A DNA stretch of 64,000 nt from an uncultured Candidatus Berkelbacteria bacterium (GCA_903877885.1 CAIRFN010000006.1:86054-150053); one strand, 5' to 3'; positions 49,571 to 57,265 are shown, counted from the stretch's first letter. A program made the numbers and translations. Notes: a model not told the origin generated them from the letters alone.

Positions 49571-50716
49571 GTCGATTTTTTGGTTAATGAGATTGCATAT
49601 ACCAGTTGCCGCTGATTTTCTTGCTAAGTTTTGTTGAGCTAAGCGTCTGGTTTTATACTGAAGTTTTTCTCCCATGAAAAGCATTTGACACTCACCGATA
49701 AAGAATCTGTCTTCAGGTTTGACGTGAATCTTGGGAATGGGGACTTGATGAGCTCTGCACCATTTTGATAGAGTTTCGATGGTATCAGTCTCAATGACTA
49801 TTCTTTTATACTCGCGAAGGTCATCTTCTGGTTTGTTTAAAACTTTTGTATTAAGTCTTTGCAAAAGTTCCGATAAATTTTCTTCATTGTAATAATTGTT
49901 CTGGTTCGTTAAGGTTGAAATTAATATTCTTTGATTTACTAAATCGCTAAAACGTCTAATTGGTGATGTAGCCCTAAGATAATAGTCGATTTTCATGTCT
50001 TCGTGTTTTTCTGGAGTAATTGAATAATTAGCAATAGACAAAACCTCGGTTTTCTTATGAACACGATAAAGTGCTGGTATACCAAGGTTTTTTAAATATT
50101 GAGCTACTAAGAGATTAAAAAGAATACTAAATTCAGTTATGATTATATGACCTTCTGTCTCGATTGAGTCACAAGCGAGACGCTTGCCGTCATCGTCGAA
50201 AATTATTCCTTCGCAAACATCTTCTCTAGAGATTTTTCTTTCAGGGAATCTTTTTCTCATAAGCTCCAGTGCCAGGTCAAAAGCTTGATTTATCATGGGA
50301 AAAATTTCGTCATGATTATTTCGTAACAACCAATGTATATCGGAGTAAAAAAGCTTTTTGATACTTCTAAAAATGGACTGGACAAATCGGGGTGTTCCAA
50401 GCAAATTGTAATCTTTGTCGAAAGAAATAACCATGGTTAGCGCTTGTCTGGTTTGACTTGGTAGAAAACTCGCTGTGCATTCAGCAATATTTTTTGGAAG
50501 CATATGCTTAATGGCAGTGCCATTTAAACGATAAACAGACTCTATTTGCTCATAAGCATTTATATCAAGTTCTGATCCTATTGGTATAATTGACGCGACT
50601 TCCGAAACAGAAATATTCAGTTTAAATATATCGTCTGTTCTTGTGAGCCAAAAACCGTCGTCTAAATCCATTGATGACGGTCGATCAATCGTAACTCCTG
50701 TCAAATTACATCTCAT
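49553..50716 (-). CDS. RNB-domain (RNase II/R catalytic domain) exoribonuclease without CSD/S1 domains
   Basis: Motif I 'TIDRPSSMDLDDGFWL' (D..D.DD) and 'YYLRATSPIRRFSDLVNQR' (compare 'HFTSPIRRY.DL..HR'); RBS AAGGAGGTG before ATG at 50716. Confidence 0.65.
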   Translation of the reverse strand: MRCNLTGVTIDRPSSMDLDDGFWLTRTDDIFKLNISVSEVASIIPIGSELDINAYEQIESVYRLNGTAIKHMLPKNIAECTASFLPSQTRQALTMVISFDKDYNLLGTPRFVQSIFRSIKKLFYSDIHWLLRNNHDEIFPMINQAFDLALELMRKRFPERKISREDVCEGIIFDDDGKRLACDSIETEGHIIITEFSILFNLLVAQYLKNLGIPALYRVHKKTEVLSIANYSITPEKHEDMKIDYYLRATSPIRRFSDLVNQRILISTLTNQNNYYNEENLSELLQRLNTKVLNKPEDDLREYKRIVIETDTIETLSKWCRAHQVPIPKIHVKPEDRFFIGECQMLFMGEKLQYKTRRLAQQNLARKSAATGICNLINQKIDNTKSG

Positions 50717-50754
50717 GGTAACCACCTCCTTGAGTTTGTTAATGTTCTTTGACC

Positions 50755-50783
50755 ACTATACCTTAAAAGAGAAGTTATGTCAA
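50755..50783 (-). promoter_or_regulatory. near-consensus sigma70-like promoter (TTGACA-17-TATAGT) driving the RNB gene and the operon
   Basis: Minus-strand TTGACAtaacttctcttttaaggTATAGT about 35 nt upstream of the RBS. Confidence 0.5.
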
Positions 50784-51036
50784 TGAAAAATAGGGGACGA
50801 AATTGGGGACGGTTCTGCCTGCCTGCCGGCAGGCAGGTTTTGACCTGAAGATTAGGCTTTTTGGGATTTTTTAAAATATTAAAAATAAATACAAAAAAAT
50901 CCACCAAATGATTTTTGTAAATCATCTCGCGGATTTCTGATTTTTGGTAGACTTAATGCACTTTCCTTCGAACACCTTTTGAAATGGCTCGATCAAATTA
51001 TGAGAGCATGTCTACTACCCAAGGATCAGGATAAAT

Positions 51037-51252
51037 TTATATCTTGATCTCTTTTATTTTTAAAACTTCCTTAACTTCTCGTACCTTTTCAACTGACGGA
51101 TTAACCTCGTCTCGCTCCATCTGGGCATAGTAGTTAGTGCTGATATCGGCTTTCTCGGCTACCTCCAATTGGGTCAGGTGAAGTTTTTCCCTGGCTGCCT
51201 TGAACTGTTCGCCGATTGTTTGATTCGATTTTGTAGAATTATCAGTACCCAT
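51037..51252 (-). CDS. XRE-family helix-turn-helix transcriptional regulator (71 aa)
   Basis: 'LTQLEVAEKADISTNYYAQMERDE' HTH_3 pattern. Confidence 0.7.
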   Translation of the reverse strand: MGTDNSTKSNQTIGEQFKAAREKLHLTQLEVAEKADISTNYYAQMERDEVNPSVEKVREVKEVLKIKEIKI

Positions 51253-51306
51253 ACCGTTATTTTAGCAGATTTTACGCCTTATGACCAGTGGTCTGAAACT
51301 TTAAGA

Positions 51307-51525
51307 CTATTTGTCCGCCTGATCGCTCTGTGGGCCGCCGGATTCCAAGACATCAAGAAGTCGTTTCAACCATTCTTCTTTACCAATTTCGTCAATCATC
51401 TTGGCGTTAGCCTTGACCCAAGTTTCCTTTGAAACCATAGTCTCATGCTCCAAGCAAAGCGCCGGCAAAATATTGATAGCGTAAAACGGGTTGGCAAACA
51501 TTTCTTCAAGTTCTTTTTCATTCAT
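51307..51525 (-). CDS. hypothetical small protein upstream of the HTH gene
   Basis: 72-aa ORF co-oriented with the HTH gene, 54 nt gap. Confidence 0.35.
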   Translation of the reverse strand: MNEKELEEMFANPFYAINILPALCLEHETMVSKETWVKANAKMIDEIGKEEWLKRLLDVLESGGPQSDQADK

Positions 51526-51600
51526 ATTATTCCTTTCATATTACAAGGCGAGTATAACACAAAGTCTCGATCAATATCAAAATAAATTAAGGAGGTCACA

Positions 51601-52326
51601 ATGTTACGACAATCACCGGCATATAGACAACATTTAACAAATATCCAAAATGAAGTCGATGCCAAAAAATTAAAACAAATGCAAAAAGGCAATCTTTTTA
51701 ACGAGAAGAGCTTTTATCAAGCATTTGTTAAAGATATGTTGGCTGCCAAAAAAGAAGTAGTGATTTACAGTCCGTTTGTATCGAAGTTCCGATCGGAGTT
51801 CTTTAGACGAACTCTTATCGAGCTTCGAAAGAGAAATATACCTGTTTTTATCTTTACCAGACCGCTTGAAGAGCATGATTATTTTATGAAAGCCGAAATT
51901 TCCTGCGCCTTAAAGGATTATGAAGAATCCGGCGCCTATATCACCTATCTACCAGGGTTTGTTCACGAAAAATTAGCTATCATTGATCGCGAAATTCTTT
52001 GGGAAGGGAGTTTAAATATTCTTTCGCAAAGGCAAAGCCGAGAAATGATGAGACGAATCTCGGATGAGATATTGGTGCAAGAAACGATGTCTTATCTGGG
52101 GCTGAACAAAAAACTGGCTGAAGCTTATAAATTTCAGTATGAACGGCTGTATCGCAATACGGCCAAGAATCTTGAAGAGAATAAACTGGCTAAGATCAAA
52201 TTGTTCTTTTCGGGAGTAATTGTTCCGTTTCTTGCCTGGTGGCTATTTGCCGTCGCTAAAGTATTAATAGTATCACTGAAAGGAGCAAAACTTGTTTTTG
52301 GTTTGATAAATTTTCTTTACAAATAA
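51601..52326 (+). CDS. Phospholipase D-like (HKD) domain protein with C-terminal TM
   Basis: Single HKD 'HEKLAIIDREILWEGSLN'; C-terminal hydrophobic helix. Confidence 0.55.
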   Translation: MLRQSPAYRQHLTNIQNEVDAKKLKQMQKGNLFNEKSFYQAFVKDMLAAKKEVVIYSPFVSKFRSEFFRRTLIELRKRNIPVFIFTRPLEEHDYFMKAEISCALKDYEESGAYITYLPGFVHEKLAIIDREILWEGSLNILSQRQSREMMRRISDEILVQETMSYLGLNKKLAEAYKFQYERLYRNTAKNLEENKLAKIKLFFSGVIVPFLAWWLFAVAKVLIVSLKGAKLVFGLINFLYK

Positions 52327-52386
52327 AAGTGTGATTTTGTCATACTAAGCTTTCTGTGAAATATGGACTTTTTGAATTAATAATTT

Positions 52387-52623
52387 ATGACTTTCTGGTA
52401 TAATCAAGATATGGATATTAATGAATTTAAAACTGTTGCCGGATGGTACAAAAAAATGAAAGCAGATGGCTATACAGTGCCGCTGGCTCTTTATTTTACA
52501 TTGGAGCGAATGGTCAAGGAAAAGAAGATGACTTTTCAACAAGCTTTTAACGAGTTGCAAACCAAAAATCGAATTCAAATAAATAACAAAAATATAAGTT
52601 TTTCCCTAAACGAGATTAAATAA
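52387..52623 (+). CDS. hypothetical small protein
   Basis: ORF only. Confidence 0.3.
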   Translation: MTFWYNQDMDINEFKTVAGWYKKMKADGYTVPLALYFTLERMVKEKKMTFQQAFNELQTKNRIQINNKNISFSLNEIK

Positions 52624-52627
52624 AAAA

Positions 52628-53227
52628 ATGACACAACAAATTTTAATGATTCACGGCGGAAATGCGTTTAAAACCCATGAAGAATACATCAGCTATTTAC
52701 AGAACAAAGAATTTACCTTGAAGGAATTGAAATTCAAAGATTGGAAAGCAAATTTGGCGGAAGATTTGGGTAGTGGCCATGAAGTTTTTACACCTCGAAT
52801 GCCTAACTCTCAAAATGCGCGATACGCAGAATGGAAAATTTGGTTTGAAAAAGTTCTCTCGCTTTTGGATGACAATCTAATTTTAATCGGTCACTCATTG
52901 GGCGGAATTTGTATTGCAAAATATCTTTCGGAAAACACATCTGCCAAAAAAATTAAAGCAACTTTTTTAGTGGCCGCGCCTTTCAACACGGCCGGCAAAC
53001 ATCCATTAGTGGATTTTATTATTTCTAATGATATTTCAGGATTGGCCGATCAGGTCGGCCAAATTTTTCTTTACCACAGTGAGGACGATAAAGTTGTGCC
53101 ATACTCAAACTTCAAAGATTATACGAAAGCCTTACCAATGGCAGAGGGCAAGATATTTATTGATGCCGGTCATTTCCATCAAACTCATTTCCCGCAATTA
53201 GTCGAGGATATCAAATCATTAAATTAA
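52628..53227 (+). CDS. Alpha/beta hydrolase, YdeN/RBBP9-like serine hydrolase
   Basis: 'MIHGGNAF' start, nucleophile elbow 'GHSLGG', 'DDKVVPY' and His near C-terminus. Confidence 0.6.
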   Translation: MTQQILMIHGGNAFKTHEEYISYLQNKEFTLKELKFKDWKANLAEDLGSGHEVFTPRMPNSQNARYAEWKIWFEKVLSLLDDNLILIGHSLGGICIAKYLSENTSAKKIKATFLVAAPFNTAGKHPLVDFIISNDISGLADQVGQIFLYHSEDDKVVPYSNFKDYTKALPMAEGKIFIDAGHFHQTHFPQLVEDIKSLN

Positions 53228-53229
53228 AA

Positions 53230-53700
53230 GTGATCGAGGAAAATATGAAAATATACCTTCGAGAAATTGAACTGCAAGACTTTGAAATATTTGAAAAATA
53301 TACTGACGATGAAGAGCTACACAAATACAATTCTTTTGACATTTACAAAAAAGCCAAAGAAGTTGGGTTTGAGAACTTTCTAAAAGACAAGGACGAAACA
53401 CGTTATGCAATCTGCTTGAAAGATACTGGAGAAATAATTGGTGATATCGGGGAAAGAATTGTGCTTGATTCTTCTGATATTAAATTTGGTCTGACAATCT
53501 TTAGGAAAGATCTCTGGGACAAAGGCTTTGGATACCAAGCAGTGATGCAATTACTCGAAAAATTAAAGGTAAGGGGTGTCGAAACAGTTGTTTTAGATGT
53601 GGACAAGCGCAACAAACGCGCTCTGCGCTTATATGAGAAAATTGGATTTACTACTTATGAGGAAAGTGACAAGAAGTATCATATGTCAAAGAAACTATAG
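53230..53700 (+). CDS. GNAT family N-acetyltransferase
   Basis: 'RNKRALRLYEKIGF' motif A/B region. Confidence 0.6.
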   Translation: MIEENMKIYLREIELQDFEIFEKYTDDEELHKYNSFDIYKKAKEVGFENFLKDKDETRYAICLKDTGEIIGDIGERIVLDSSDIKFGLTIFRKDLWDKGFGYQAVMQLLEKLKVRGVETVVLDVDKRNKRALRLYEKIGFTTYEESDKKYHMSKKL

Positions 53701-53760
53701 TTTGGTCAACTCATTCGCTCTCATTTATTCGGCTCATTTCTTCAACCGGAACCAAAAATT

Positions 53761-54282
53761 TTATGGTTCTCTGTATTCTACTGGTATTTCTAATCCAAAT
53801 TTCTTACAAAGAGCTATAATATCTTCCGCATCATGTTTAGCTATTTCATGGTCTAACCTAAATTTGATCGCATATTCAAGAGAAACGCATTTTACTTCTT
53901 GACCGTTAATTTTGCCAATGCCCCCGAATGAATCAGCTGGGTTCATCTCGTTATTTTCGGCAGGACCAAAAATACCATCGCCTTTTTCGTCAAAGTGAAT
54001 AGCGGTGATATCAATTTCATGACCTTTGCCGTCGGACATATGAAAATAGTTATCGGCTAAATCATCGCGTTGCAAAATCTTGTAATTTTGATCGCCAAGT
54101 AACTCTTTAATTTGTGTGACATCTTTTTCTTGGATAATAATATCTAGATCGCCATGCGGTCGAGTCAGCTCGCCGATCAAAGCGTCAATTCCCCAACCGC
54201 CATCTATCCAGGCGTCGATCTTATTGTCGTTTAATTGGGAATAGATATCCACGACATCTTTTGCCGTCATTTCTTGTTGCAT
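53761..54282 (-). CDS. Pol-beta-fold nucleotidyltransferase of the ANT(2'')/Lnu (aminoglycoside/lincosamide nucleotidyltransferase) family
   Basis: 'AWIDGGWGIDALIGELTRPHGDLDIII' closely matches the ANT(2'')-Ia/Lnu signature 'WI.GGWAIDA..G..TR.H.DID'. Confidence 0.6.
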   Translation of the reverse strand: MQQEMTAKDVVDIYSQLNDNKIDAWIDGGWGIDALIGELTRPHGDLDIIIQEKDVTQIKELLGDQNYKILQRDDLADNYFHMSDGKGHEIDITAIHFDEKGDGIFGPAENNEMNPADSFGGIGKINGQEVKCVSLEYAIKFRLDHEIAKHDAEDIIALCKKFGLEIPVEYREP

Positions 54283-54300
54283 AATTTTGATTCCTTTTGG

Positions 54301-54810
54301 CTATGAAATAGCGTATTCAATAACTTTGACTGGAATACCTTTTTCTCTCGCTTTATTGATCGTGTCTTGCACGCCGTCACTTCCGTTTACATGGAAAGCC
54401 AGGAGTTCATCGGCCGCATTGACGACTTGCATATTTCTTTCAAAGTAGGTAGTTTTATCGACGATCTTGTTGATTTTGTTCTCGATTATAGATTCTGGAT
54501 TTATTTCTTTTAGCCTTGATAACTGCGCAATTAATTCTTCTGCTTGGTCATGAGTAATTACACCTTCATCTGCTCTTTTTCGATAATGTGCCGCGTAAAT
54601 GTCCAGTGTGGTCGGTAGAAATATTTTAATCTGCTTGAAATCTTTGTTTAATTTCATCGCTTCGTCGGTGGCAAAATAATCAACATTAAGAGCACCGCCG
54701 GAAACAATACCATCGCCGTCTTTAATAATATCGGCGACTTCCTTGCGGACATCACTTTCAACTTTTTCGCTGGTTAGACGCCAACTACCACTAATTGCGA
54801 TCCATTTCAT
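54301..54810 (-). CDS. DUF2493 / SLOG-superfamily (DprA-like Rossmann) protein
   Basis: 'IVSGGALNVDYFATDEA' and 'ERNMQVV...LLAFHVNGSDGVQDTINKAREKGIPVKVIEY' match the DUF2493 pattern. Confidence 0.5.
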   Translation of the reverse strand: MKWIAISGSWRLTSEKVESDVRKEVADIIKDGDGIVSGGALNVDYFATDEAMKLNKDFKQIKIFLPTTLDIYAAHYRKRADEGVITHDQAEELIAQLSRLKEINPESIIENKINKIVDKTTYFERNMQVVNAADELLAFHVNGSDGVQDTINKAREKGIPVKVIEYAIS

Positions 54811-54955
54811 ATTAGAACCTTTTCCATACTCAGAACTTACTCCAAACTATAATTCCAAAATATTTGCTTTTTGTTTCATTGCTTCAAGAACGATTCCAAT
54901 ATGCTTATCCAGATCAATTCCAAGATCAGCTGCGCCCTCGACAATATCTTCGCGG

Positions 54956-55264
54956 CTAATTGCTGCCGAGAAACGGATTTTTCTCATGGTGATCTTGGCG
55001 TTTGGCGATATCCAAGGTTTGACCCCAATCAGCCAGGATCAAGCCAATAGTTGTTGCTTGCACTGCGCGCAAGCTAATTCCCGGCGGCAGCTCAAATTGC
55101 CGCACATCAACACTGTTTTGACCATAGGTAATCGCTAAGTCTGATTGGGCTGGTATTTTTACCAACGAATCCGCTTGCGGCAGTTGCGACATCAGATTAG
55201 TTGAAAACGCCAGCGATATCTGCGCAACAAAGACGATAAACCCGACTACGACTAAAAGCTTCAT
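54956..55264 (-). CDS. small secreted protein, hypothetical
   Basis: RBS AGGAGAGGAAG; signal peptide 'MKLLVVVGFIVFVAQISLAFS'. Confidence 0.35.
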   Translation of the reverse strand: MKLLVVVGFIVFVAQISLAFSTNLMSQLPQADSLVKIPAQSDLAITYGQNSVDVRQFELPPGISLRAVQATTIGLILADWGQTLDIAKRQDHHEKNPFLGSN

Positions 55265-55423
55265 CTTCCTCTCCTTTAACTGATTTACCGAATAATCAAT
55301 CTTAGCACTGAAATCGCCAAATGTCAAGAGAGAACCACTCGACTCTTGCATATTTTCCTTTTTTATGATATTTATGCTTTATGCCACGGACCTTAACATC
55401 TGATGGCAAACAAAGGGGAAAAC

Positions 55424-56503
55424 ATGGCTAAGCAATTGGCATTAATTTCCGGACCTTCCGGTACCGGAAAAGGTCCAGCTCTAGACGAAGTCCTAAAAAG
55501 ACTGGCTAGCACTATTCAGGTTGGCCGGATTGTGCTTTACACAAGTCGGCCGATGCGAGCGGGCGAAATTCCCGATGTCACCTTTCACTATCTGACAGCC
55601 GAGCAAATCAAAAATCTGGACCCAAATCGATACATTATCGGTCAAGTCCGGCTCGACTGGCAAGCTATTGACTTGGAAGAAGTAAAAACCGTCCTGGCCA
55701 ATTTCGATTTAGTTATCGTCGAGGTCTACCCAACGCTCGGCCAAAAATTATTGGAATGGCTGAAACTTCACCAGGAGTTTGATTCCTTTGAAGTTAAAAC
55801 TATTGCCATGGTGCCGATGAGTAATGAAGAAATGGCTGTGGCCGCCCTTATTTGTGGCACAACCATGGAAAACGCTCTTTATCTGACAATGCGTGGCAAA
55901 CTCGAACGACGCGCCAGCAAATCGGATACGCCCGAACAGATCCAAAGCCGCGCTTCTTTAGCCTACACTGAAATCCAGATGATGAAGGACTACCAACACC
56001 ACATCGTCAACCATATCGGCGAAGACAACAAAATCGGCTGGTCAAAACCGCTCTGTATTGAAGCTGATCGAGTGGTTCAAGAACTGGTTTCGGTTATCCA
56101 ACACGTTGAACCAAACCACTACCGAATCAGTTGGCATGATTACGAAGACGGTTGTAGTTTAAACAAAATTATTGAGGTCAAAAAGGGTGATGATCCGGAG
56201 CAAGCCGCCGAAAATCATCTTCGCCACTATCTTAAACCGAACATGTATGAACTGGAAGCCGTCACTCTGATTGATTTGACAAAGAAAGATAATCCAATCA
56301 AGAAATGGCGAATTGAAGTCGGACCGGTGTTTGAAGGGCCAGGCCCGGGCGACGGCAGCGATGCGTCGTTCGATGTGGTGATTTTCGTCGGCACAAAAGA
56401 AGAAATGAAACAAAAAGCCGAAGCGATGTGCCTGGTTTATTCTGGTTACAACCCAGATATCGGGCATTGCACAACTTCCTATTCGGCCACAATCGAAGAC
56501 TAA
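55424..56503 (+). CDS. P-loop nucleotide kinase-like N-terminal domain (guanylate-kinase-like 'ISGPSGTGKG') fused to an unknown C-terminal domain
   Basis: RBS AAGGGGA; P-loop at residues 6-15; gene looks clearly more GC-rich by eye than its neighbours. Confidence 0.5.
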   Translation: MAKQLALISGPSGTGKGPALDEVLKRLASTIQVGRIVLYTSRPMRAGEIPDVTFHYLTAEQIKNLDPNRYIIGQVRLDWQAIDLEEVKTVLANFDLVIVEVYPTLGQKLLEWLKLHQEFDSFEVKTIAMVPMSNEEMAVAALICGTTMENALYLTMRGKLERRASKSDTPEQIQSRASLAYTEIQMMKDYQHHIVNHIGEDNKIGWSKPLCIEADRVVQELVSVIQHVEPNHYRISWHDYEDGCSLNKIIEVKKGDDPEQAAENHLRHYLKPNMYELEAVTLIDLTKKDNPIKKWRIEVGPVFEGPGPGDGSDASFDVVIFVGTKEEMKQKAEAMCLVYSGYNPDIGHCTTSYSATIED

Positions 56504-56516
56504 TTAAGAACTATAT

Positions 56517-56550
56517 CTCCCGCTAAAAAATTAGCGGGTTTTTTATTTTT
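56517..56550 (+). terminator. rho-independent terminator
   Basis: CCCGCTAAAAAATTAGCGGG followed by TTTTTTATTTTTT. Confidence 0.65.
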
Positions 56551-56730
56551 TAATTTTAGCGAGTACGGGATTTACGGACAGCTCGGAAACCCACGGTTTT
56601 CCGACGTCCGGCATAAATGTCGGACTGCCTTCCTCTAGCGGTAAACCTCTGGTTTCCCGACCCCTTCCTGGTCCGAATCCCAAATCTACATTAAAGCAAA
56701 AAATTCACCGAAATGGTGAATCCTTTGCTT

Positions 56731-56804
56731 TAGCGCGTGCGGGATTCGAACCCGCGATCTACAGAATGAAAATCTGTTATCCTAGGCCTCTAGACGAACG
56801 CGCC
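56731..56804 (-). tRNA. tRNA-Glu(TTC)
   Basis: Minus strand: acceptor GGCGCGT, classic Glu D-arm 'TTCGTCTAGAGGCCTAGGA', anticodon loop TTTTCAT, T-loop GGGTTCGAATCCC. Followed by a hairpin plus T-run terminator (56700-56730). Confidence 0.85.
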
Positions 56805-56808
56805 ACAT

Positions 56809-57066
56809 CTATATTGTTAAGCTATCTCCGATATTTTCCTTTAAAAAATCTCTTTGCCCACCTTTTTTCTTAAGATTGATTTCTCTTCGACGAGCATCTT
56901 TCTCGGATAGATACGCCTCGTAATAAATCAATTTGTAAGGTTTATGCTTATTTGTGTAATTTACTTTTCCTAAGTTGTGTTCGATTAATCGTCTTTTAAT
57001 GTCATTACTATAACCAGTATAAGTGGTGTTGTCTCCAATACTTTTAATCAAATAGACGTAATACAT
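56809..57066 (-). CDS. GIY-YIG nuclease family small protein (UPF0213/YhbQ-like)
   Basis: 'YYVYLIKS...TYTGYSNDIKRRLIEHN' GIY...YIG motif; 85 aa. Confidence 0.8.
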   Translation of the reverse strand: MYYVYLIKSIGDNTTYTGYSNDIKRRLIEHNLGKVNYTNKHKPYKLIYYEAYLSEKDARRREINLKKKGGQRDFLKENIGDSLTI

Positions 57067-57067
57067 T

Positions 57068-57125
57068 TCAGGCCTCTAGCCCGCTAACCGCGGGTCCGCG
57101 TATAGCGGAACGAACGCGCCACATC
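57068..57125 (-). other. Duplicated tRNA-Glu 5' segment (acceptor plus D-arm start) interrupted by a 30-nt twin-hairpin insertion
   Basis: Plus strand 'ggcctctag[cccgctaaccgcgggtccgcgtatagcgga]acgaacgcgccacatcta' against tRNA-Glu 'ggcctctagacgaacgcgccacatcta'. Confidence 0.55.
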
Positions 57126-57265
57126 TAAAAATATTATATCATATTTTATCTCAATTGTCTATAACTTCTCAGTCTTGAAAGCTTGATTTTATGTTGAATT
57201 TTTGATACGATTAGTATGAAATGTATGAATTTAATTAAAATTATAAAAGGATAAAAAGTTCTAAT

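Noticed and set aside
50713-50925. 70-aa minus-strand ORF as a possible RiPP precursor
   Set aside because: It spans the operon promoter (-10/-35) and the CTGCCTGCC/GGCAGGCAG palindrome and overlaps the RNB start. It is low complexity with no RBS, so more likely non-coding.
54743-55138. 131-aa + strand ORF
   Set aside because: Overlaps the minus-strand gene that has a signal peptide and a strong RBS (54956-55264); the + frame lacks an RBS and reads as low complexity.
56553-56730. RNase P RNA or SRP RNA
   Set aside because: Partial resemblance to CR-I (GAGGAAGGCAGUCCG) and to SRP domain IV. However, the region is too short for RNase P, and the conserved SRP AGCAGC/GGAA motifs are absent.
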